DNA of 16,010 nucleotides from Octopus sinensis (taxonomy: Eukaryota): the NCBI RefSeq assembly GCF_006345805.1, contig NW_021825338.1, forward strand, positions 1 to 16,010, in the 5' to 3' direction. Each line of letters opens with the position of its first letter. Position 1 is the stretch's first letter. Position numbers and translations under genes: made by a program. Shown here in pieces: positions 9,616 to 16,010 of the stretch. The notes under the pieces were generated by a model. It was not told where the DNA came from and ran no database searches. It saw nothing but the letters and a program-made list of their open reading frames with translations.

Positions 9616-9641
9616 AAGGCTTAGATTTGTTTGAAATTAAA

Positions 9642-9786
9642 ATGGCTCACGAAAACAAGATGGCGGAACATGACATATTGAACGGACAAGACTGGGTTTG
9701 TGTAATTATCTCAGACTCGGGCGACGTGACGTGTGAAACGCACATACATGAGATCGTGGTGTCTCTCTCTCTTTAATGAGGTATGT
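9642..9786 (+). promoter_or_regulatory. Candidate first exon / 5' region: YY1-like motif, 44-codon ORF, strong splice donor
   Basis: CAAGATGGCGG (9656-9666), local CpG enrichment, ORF 9642-9776, and GAG|GTATGT donor at 9781 with an ATG 5 nt before it. Confidence 0.35.
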
Positions 9787-10041
9787 CACAGATTTTGCTT
9801 TGCTTTATGTTTTTTCTACACTAAATGTTTAATAAATATTTTGGACAATTATCCACTGAAGCAAGAAGGTATTTTAATTAAACTCGGCAACTGTAATTAA
9901 CTGAAATTTTACGAGTATTTGATAATTAAGTATTGCAACGGATGTTTATTTATAAAATAAATTATTTCCTGCAATATTTTAAAATATGAATTACAATAAT
10001 ACGTACACATGTATATGCATATATATATATATATACATATG

Positions 10042-10152
10042 TAGGCTCGAAATGTTAAAGACTTTTTCACTTCCCGAGCGTTAAACTAATTACATCTGCT
10101 TGTTGTCTAAACCACCTGCCGTCGTCTTTGGTTGTTTTTGTGAATTCTCCCC
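10042..10152 (+). mobile_element. Interspersed repeat fragment, possibly a Penelope pseudo-LTR end
   Basis: GGCTCGAAATGTTAAAGACTTTTTCACTTCCCGAGCGTTAAACTAATTACATCTGCTTGTTGTC...GAATTCTCCCC between TA tracts resembles a common octopus repeat recalled from memory. CGAAA(C/T)GTT is typical of Penelope ends. Single copy in the window. Confidence 0.4.
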
Positions 10153-10244
10153 CTATATATATATACACACACCACACACACACATATATATTATATATAT
10201 ATATAGATATATATATATATATTATATATATACATACTACATAC

Positions 10245-10276
<32 letters not shown>

Positions 10277-10312
10277 ATAAAATATATACATACATACATA
10301 TATATATATATG
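10153..10312. repeat. (TA)n/(CA)n microsatellite cluster
   Basis: Directly visible. Confidence 0.95.
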
Positions 10313-10437
10313 TTATATTGGAATGGTCATTTTGCCAGTTAGCCAATAATTTATGAATGCATGCATAAATTTGTGTTTGTGTGTGCACGCGTATGTACGT
10401 GTGAGTATGTGCATATGTGTATCTATTCGTCTATGTA

Positions 10438-11604
10438 GACGACGGTGAACAGGTTTGTGAGGCACGCTTTCCCGCAGCCCGTCTCCATGACCGAACTGCA
10501 GTCGTGGATCAAAAAGAGGCCGAAGAAAGGCGAATGGCACCGCGAGTGTCGCGTTGCTCTCAAGCAACTCTGCCGTCCTGGGTCGACCTTGAGTGACTTC
10601 AACACAACCAAAGCATTCTATAGGGGTTTAGTGGAGGGGAGGTACGACGACGAGCTCGGGGCGAACCTGGACGTCGACGAGGAGTACCTGACCCGCCTGT
10701 TCAGACGACTTTCGGGCCAGGGCCCTGGACAACTTCCAGAGATCCCTGGCCTGGCAGTGCTATCGAGAAGCGCTACCGTTCGGGATAAGCTCTACAGACA
10801 CGGCTCGAGAAACACGGGGCCGACCTGCCCGAGATGCGTCAGAGCGACGAAACGTTCTGCACGCACTCGTGCAGTGTCCAACAATTTCCGACCTGTGGGC
10901 TGTGTCGAACAACTGCTGTCACGTGTGGGACGAGTTGGTTATCAGCTGAGTCTATCGTTAATATTGTCACCTCCCTCCTTCAAACGGGAAGGAAGAGCTA
11001 TTTTCATCATCCTTGTGGCTATGGCGAAAGAAGTATCTGGTGGACGCGTCTGAAAGGATTGGAGACAAACACTTTCCTCTCTGGTCAATCTCTCATCAAC
11101 TTCTTCAAGTACCACTTGAAAAGGAAAGTGAGAGTAGAGAGGCAAGTTTTGTCTAGCGAATGTTTTAAAAAAAGATGGGTGAATGTAGCAAGAATGGCAC
11201 GTATGAATGACGAAGCCACCTTGAGCATGATCCTATGAACCCAGAAATTTAAAACAGAGAGTTGCTTATTTGCAAAAAAAAAAAAAGAAATATAACATGT
11301 GACTCCATTGACCGAGGTTACCGTGGTCTTTTCCGTAGGCTTTTCTTTCCACGGGTAAACCTCACCTGTCCTCCCCTTTACACTTCATATTGACATTTCT
11401 GTGATAACGATCCCTATTGATCAATTTTTTTTTTTCCTCTCCCCCTTTTTTTTAACCCCCCTTTTTTTCTCCTCTTTCTCTCCTTTTACGATCCCTTTTG
11501 ATCGAAACTCCCCCTTCCTTTTTTTTTTTTAAACCTTCAAAAGAAAAGCTCTACCTTGTAATTTGTTCTATCTGTGTGCAGCCCTGTGTGGCTAATAAAG
11601 AAAC
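10438..11604 (+). mobile_element. 5'-truncated L1/Tx1-clade non-LTR retrotransposon: ORF2 C-terminus with zf-RVT-type zinc knuckle, then 3'UTR
   Basis: GC-rich island. Joining frames gives ...RSLAWQCYREALP(V)RDKLYRHGSRNTGPTCPRC(G)QSDET(V)LHALVQCPTISDLW...IWWTRLKGLETNTFLSGQSLINFFKYHLKRKVRVER...ATLSMIL* (stop at 11238). The 3'UTR has a stem-loop, a pyrimidine tract and AATAAA (11594-11599) before (TATC)n. No RT or endonuclease domain is present in the window. Confidence 0.92.
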
Positions 11605-11605
11605 A

Positions 11606-11678
<73 letters not shown>

Positions 11679-11686
11679 CTCTATCA

Positions 11687-11732
<46 letters not shown>
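11606..11732. repeat. (TATC)n microsatellite at the LINE 3' junction
   Basis: About 31 near-perfect TATC units starting 7 nt after the AATAAA. Confidence 0.95.
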
Positions 11733-11757
11733 ACACACACACACATATATATTTACT

Positions 11758-11978
11758 GCCACAAATTTTGGTACAAGGTCGACAATTTTATGGAGAGAAG
11801 GAGGAAGTCGATTACGTCGGCCCCATTGCTCAACTGGTATTTATTTTATCAACCTGGAAAGGATAAAAAAAACGAAGCCAACGTCGGAGTGATTTGAACT
11901 CAAAACGTAATTAACGGGAAAAAAATGCCACTCCGCGTTTTGTCCGGCACTCTAACGTCCCTGCCAGCTCGTTGTCTT
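11758..11978 (-). mobile_element. tRNA-derived SINE family A, near full length
   Basis: Minus-strand head CGAGCTGGCAGGGACGTTAG, B-box-like GAGTTCAAATCAC, central ...GATAAAATAAATACCAGTTGAGCAATGGGGCCGAC and tail ...CCTTGTACCAAAATTTG. Confidence 0.85.
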
Positions 11979-12024
11979 TTTATGTTTGTATGCAGGATGT
12001 CGACGTTATCGGATGTTTCTCGAA

Positions 12025-12105
12025 TCATGCGGCAATTTCAGTTTTCTCCTCGTTGGATGGTTCCACCATGTAGATAACGTACATGTCGGAGAAGACAAAA
12101 TCCTC
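12025..12105 (-). CDS. Candidate terminal exon or decayed ORF fragment: EDFVFSDMYVIYMVEPSNEEKTEIAA*
   Basis: Preceded on the minus strand by a CTGAT branch-like site and a TTTTTGTTTCGAAATGTTTTATAG acceptor. It has 26 sense codons, then TGA. No homologue confidently recognised. Confidence 0.3.
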   Translation of the reverse strand, partial: EDFVFSDMYVIYMVEPSNEEKTEIAA

Positions 12106-12473
12106 CTATAAAACATTTCGAAACAAAAATTGTAAGAATCAGCGAATGACAAAATCTACTCTCCTTGAATTGTGCATTGTTTTCGTTTTTCTTCAACTTA
12201 TTTTCTTTTGATTTCAATATGATCGGTTGCGGGAGTAATGGAGGGACATCACTTGGAGCGATGTTGGTTTCACTTTCCCTCTATTTTAGCATTTGAATTT
12301 TAATTTTAGCTGCTGTTTCTAACAGTGAAATTGGAGTCCGAGTGGTCATTTCGCGTTGGTCAATTTGCTAAAGAATATCGGTCAAGGAATTCTCTCTTTC
12401 TTCATTTATATACTCATGTTTGTGTCGTTAAGAAGGCCCTTGCGGTAACACTTTGGCCGATTTGGTGGTCACA

Positions 12474-12475
<2 letters not shown>

Positions 12476-12523
<48 letters not shown>
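12476..12523. repeat. (CA)n microsatellite
   Basis: Perfect run. Confidence 0.95.
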
Positions 12524-12526
<3 letters not shown>

Positions 12527-12835
12527 GAGAACTGGTGTTGGTCTTTTTCGGAAAAAAATGCATTAAGACATATTGATCGTTAATTCAATTAAGGTGAAAT
12601 GACCTTTTTCAGCAAATAGCTGTGGGTGTTACACTTTTATCTTTTGCGTGTTCCAGACTAAAAGCTGTGGCCATGGTGGGGCACCGCCGGTAACCATCTT
12701 TTTCTTATTAGGTTTAAATGCATTTCAAAGATATATGAGTAGACAAATAAACACATTGACTGGAGGGAAAGTAGATTTTCAAATATACTGACTTACACAT
12801 TTCCTGATCATAAACTCTTTCCTAACATATTTTTT

Positions 12836-13040
12836 ATGCGCCCTTTCCAAGCCTAGCCAGGCTCATGGGCCCAGTTTCCCGGTTTCTGTGGCGTATGTGT
12901 TCCCCCCCAGCTGGACGGGACGCCAGTCCTTCGCAGCGTTACTCAAGAAACAGGAAGAAAGAGTGAGAGAAAGTTGGGGCGAAAGAGTACAACAGGGGTC
13001 ACCACCACCCACTGCTGGAGATCGTGGAGCTTTAGGTTTT
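12836..13040 (-). mobile_element. SINE family B core plus an alternative 3' tail (head missing)
   Basis: The reverse complement of 12950-13037 aligns with 315-402. It then continues GACTGGCGTCCCGTCCAGCTGG...GAAACCGGGAAACTGGGCCCATGAGCC...GGGCGCAT, unlike the tail at 403-533. Confidence 0.85.
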
Positions 13041-13219
13041 GGGGAAGAGCCAATTCGTTTACGTCGACCCCAGCGCTCAACTAGCAGTTATTTTATCGAC
13101 CTAGGAGGTTGAAAAGTAAAGTCAATCACGGCGGAATTTGAACTCAAAACGTAATGACGAGCGAAACGCCGCCCAGCATTTTGCTCGACATTCTAACGAT
13201 TCCGTCAGCTCACTGCTTT
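13041..13219 (-). mobile_element. SINE family A head and central domain (tail missing)
   Basis: Minus-strand GTGAGCTGACGGAATCGTTAG head, B-box-like GAGTTCAAATTCC (~13133-13145) and central GGTCGATAAAATAACTGCTAGTTGAGCGCTGGGGTCGAC. Confidence 0.85.
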
Positions 13220-13356
13220 AACAATAATTATAATATTTGTAATGACATTGGTAAGTATTATATTTAATACGATAATGAAAAGGCCACGAAAACAACAATA
13301 TGAATGACCGTAACAATGAAATATGAAGATGATCATAAAAATATGATGACCAAATT

Positions 13357-13385
13357 AGTAGTAGTAGTGGTAGTGGTAGTAACAG

Positions 13386-13435
<50 letters not shown>

Positions 13436-13480
13436 TTACTACTACTACTACTTTCTATAACAATAACAATAATAACAATA
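13357..13480. repeat. (TAG)n/(CTA)n/(CAA)n trinucleotide cluster
   Basis: Directly visible; source of the poly-V/L/S ORFs. Confidence 0.95.
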
Positions 13481-13699
13481 AAACGAAACACATTTATAAA
13501 GCGAAAATGCTGTAGAAACATGTTCAATATTTTCCAGAAGTGTAATTCCCAATTGAAACATAGATGTTATAAGTGGAATTTTAAGATCCGTTTATCGATT
13601 TTAACATCTTCAGTCGCCTATTGCTAGCACGTAAATTCTTTTATATTGCCGCGGCACAGCTTCTCATACTTCTTTCGGATTCTTTATACACTCGTACAC

Positions 13700-14132
13700 A
13701 CATGTATATAAGCATATATATATATATATATATACATATATATATAAATCTTATGTATCTATATGTATTTATCTATATCTATCTATCTATCTATATATAT
13801 ATATATATATATAAATATATATACACACACACACATATATATATATGTGAGTGTATGTTCGTATATATATATATATGTATGTATGTTTGCATGTATATAT
13901 ATGTATGTTTGTATATATATCTATGTTTGTATGAGTGTACGTTTGTATACATATATATATATATATATGTGTGAGTGTATATTTTTATGTATAAATATAT
14001 ATATGCATGTATGTATACCTGAATTCACATAGACTTATCTACGTGTATGTGTACATATGTGCATGTATAAGTTTACATCTGTCACTCTGGCATACATATA
14101 TATACACACATACATACATACATACATACATA

Positions 14133-14209
<77 letters not shown>

Positions 14210-14217
14210 TACACACA

Positions 14218-14296
<79 letters not shown>

Positions 14297-14480
14297 AAAC
14301 ACGCGCTAAAATTTCAGACTTATTTAACAAAAGTAATCTCTCACTCCTTACATGTGTGTGTATGTATGCATGCGTATATATGTATATATGTTTATATGCA
14401 TGTATGTTTGTATATTTATATACATGTTTCACCCTACATGTGTCATTTGTATGTGTGTGTATGTGCGTGTGTATGCATGT
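13700..14480. repeat. Large (TA)/(CA)/(TG)/(TACA) microsatellite cluster
   Basis: Directly visible. Confidence 0.95.
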
Positions 14481-14944
14481 ACACTCTCATTGTAGAATTA
14501 GTTAACAAAAGAGTAAAGGAGTACTCAATAACTCAATATACTATATAGAGTATATTATTGATTTAAACAGAATCTAGTTACTCTCGACTCCACTTTCACG
14601 TAACTAAAATAATTGGGTGAATATTGTTGATGTTTCCGAATTGATATTACATAAAAAGCGTGTTAACTTTCCTTTTTTTCGTAATATTAATTGACTTTCC
14701 ATTCATTGGGCGATTTCTAAATATCAGTTATTATTTTTCTTTAGTATAAATTCTTCAACTATTGGCGACAAAATACGCGGTTACATCTACGACGTCAAAT
14801 GTTTTTAATTGATATATTTGATAATAATCTATTTATGTTGGTCACTTATAAACCGTGGTCCTTACAACTCGAGGCAGCAATGTTCCAGGAAGGGGCAACC
14901 ATCGAATCGGCCACTGGAAATGTTTCAGGGAGTGGGAGTCCACT

Positions 14945-15081
14945 TATACGACAGGCTTCTCTCAATCTCCGTTGACCCGAGGCTACAGTAGAAGACACTT
15001 GCCCAAGGAACCACGCAGTGGGACTGTATCCGGAACCCTGTGGTTAGAAAGCAGGCTTCTTACCACACAGCCACACCTTCT
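14945..15081 (-). mobile_element. CORE-like tRNA SINE (family C, OR2-like), 5' part
   Basis: The minus strand reads GTGGCTGTGTGGTAAGAAGCC (A-box-like), TTCCGGATACAGTCCC (B-box-like region) and CCTTGGGCAAGTGTCTTCTAC (CORE-like). It links to the body seen at 2607-2640. Confidence 0.85.
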
Positions 15082-15099
15082 GTAGAGCAAATACATTCG

Positions 15100-15625
15100 C
15101 TATATAATTACGTTGTTGTTTTGCAAACATTTCATGTCCTCTAAGATTTATGTACCGTCCATTATAGTCTTGTATATATTTGAATTAATATCACTGAAGT
15201 AATGAATATACGTTCATTCTATAAATGTTGCTTCCATTTGTTTCAAAGTTCATCTTGTTGCCCGACAAAATTTTTGTCTATCCACACTCCAGTAATATTT
15301 GCCTTATAGATTAATTCATTTTCAATAATTTCTGCTTTAAATCTACAGTTTTCCACCATTCCAAGTGCATCTATATTTAGCCGTAAGAAGAAGGATTCTA
15401 GTTACACTGTTATTTTTCCATTTGAATGTCAAAATTTGATGTTATATGCAATTCAAACGCAATCTTCTACCGACTGTGCTGAATAATTTGGAGTACCTAT
15501 GGCCAGTGGAGAAGTCTTTAAGGTTAAGTGCTGAAAAGTGTCGCTTCTTCAATAGGGCTGCATTTATGGTTTATCTTTATGGCTTTGGGCATGTATTCCA
15601 ATTTCCTGCAAAATCGCGCATGTTT
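15100..15625 (-). mobile_element. Decayed Penelope-like element relic (RT linker plus GIY-YIG endonuclease)
   Basis: Motifs appear in the expected order: KDFSTGHRYSKLF (15481-15519, cf. KHFP.GH.L.KIF), QCN*NPSS (15386-15409, cf. CNCRN..CP), then one frame with ELIYKANIT..KNFVG..L*NKWKQHL and WTVHKS (15144-15161). Several stops and frameshifts. Confidence 0.6.
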
Positions 15626-15789
15626 ATGGCTTTATTGTTGATTGGTGCTTCCTGGCTAGATTCTCAGTTCTTAGATCTTTCAAAGATTTCCAGTTTAAGT
15701 TGTTGACGAAATTCTTCATAATTAATTTTTTTTCGTCGTTTTCTTCCAAAACACTTTCTTCAGTTTCTTCCTCGAATCTTTCACGCGTC

Positions 15790-15795
15790 TTTCTT

Positions 15796-15842
<47 letters not shown>

Positions 15843-16010
15843 ATTTGTTTGATTGCTTCCTTCTGTCTGTCTGTGTGTCGATCTGCCTGCCTATTTGTTC
15901 TCTCAACCATTTATTTTGTTTGTTTCTTTCTTTCTTTCTCTCTGTTTGTCCGTCCGTCTGTCCGTTTCTTTCATCTCCTATTTTTGTTTATGTGCTTGTT
16001 TCTTTTTTCG
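15790..16010. repeat. (TTTC)/(TCTA)/(TGTC) pyrimidine-rich low-complexity tract
   Basis: Directly visible. Confidence 0.9.

Noticed and set aside
9625-9776. The 44-codon ORF as an internal exon spliced at AG 9623-9624
   Set aside because: Phase-compatible with 7354, but the acceptor is purine-rich and lacks a pyrimidine tract.
10030-10070. Hammerhead ribozyme in the putative Penelope end
   Set aside because: Only the GAAA half is present. No CTGANGA box lies upstream, where the sequence is TA repeat.
10445-11053. 202-aa ORF as a stand-alone gene
   Set aside because: It is a mosaic of in-frame and out-of-frame LINE ORF2 segments.
12662-12692. AGCTGTGGCCATGGTGGGGCACCGCC, resembling a family C SINE tail
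   Set aside because: Probably a real ~30-bp remnant, but too short to list as a supported feature.
1471-13219. All four family A SINE copies on the minus strand
   Set aside because: Four copies are too few to show a strand bias, and other families occur on both strands.
3142-14548. Many 60-160 aa ORFs rich in [16 protein letters not shown], poly-L/V/S
   Set aside because: They are translations of stop-poor microsatellites, not genes.
1-16010. CRISPR arrays, operons, phage or defence systems
   Set aside because: No regularly spaced repeat-spacer arrays or prokaryotic gene structure. The sequence is animal-type repeat-rich DNA.

Overview
Repeat-dense, AT-rich eukaryotic DNA with no prokaryotic genes, rRNA, true tRNA gene or CRISPR array. 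The SINE and LINE types resemble those of octopus/cephalopod genomes (inferred from recalled repeat families, not a database hit). Most ORF-track entries are microsatellite translations. Supported content: (1) a ~1.17 kb 5'-truncated L1/Tx1-clade retrotransposon end (10438-11604), with a zf-RVT-type CPRC..ET..H...C motif, a 3'UTR stem-loop and AATAAA directly before (TATC)n; (2) two more fragments of that element, tail-to-tail at 7763-8248, between (TCTA)n and (GATA)n; (3) about ten tRNA-derived SINE copies or fragments of three families, including one chimera; (4) a 185 bp hAT-type MITE; (5) two decayed Penelope-like GIY-YIG relics and a possible Penelope terminal fragment; (6) many microsatellites. 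Weak, unproven exon and promoter candidates lie at 865, 1953-2250, 2983, 7299, 9642-9786 and 12025-12420. The most interesting lead is a possible (TATC)n/(GATA)n-targeting Tx1-like family. The clustered frameshifts in its main copy may be sequencing artefacts.
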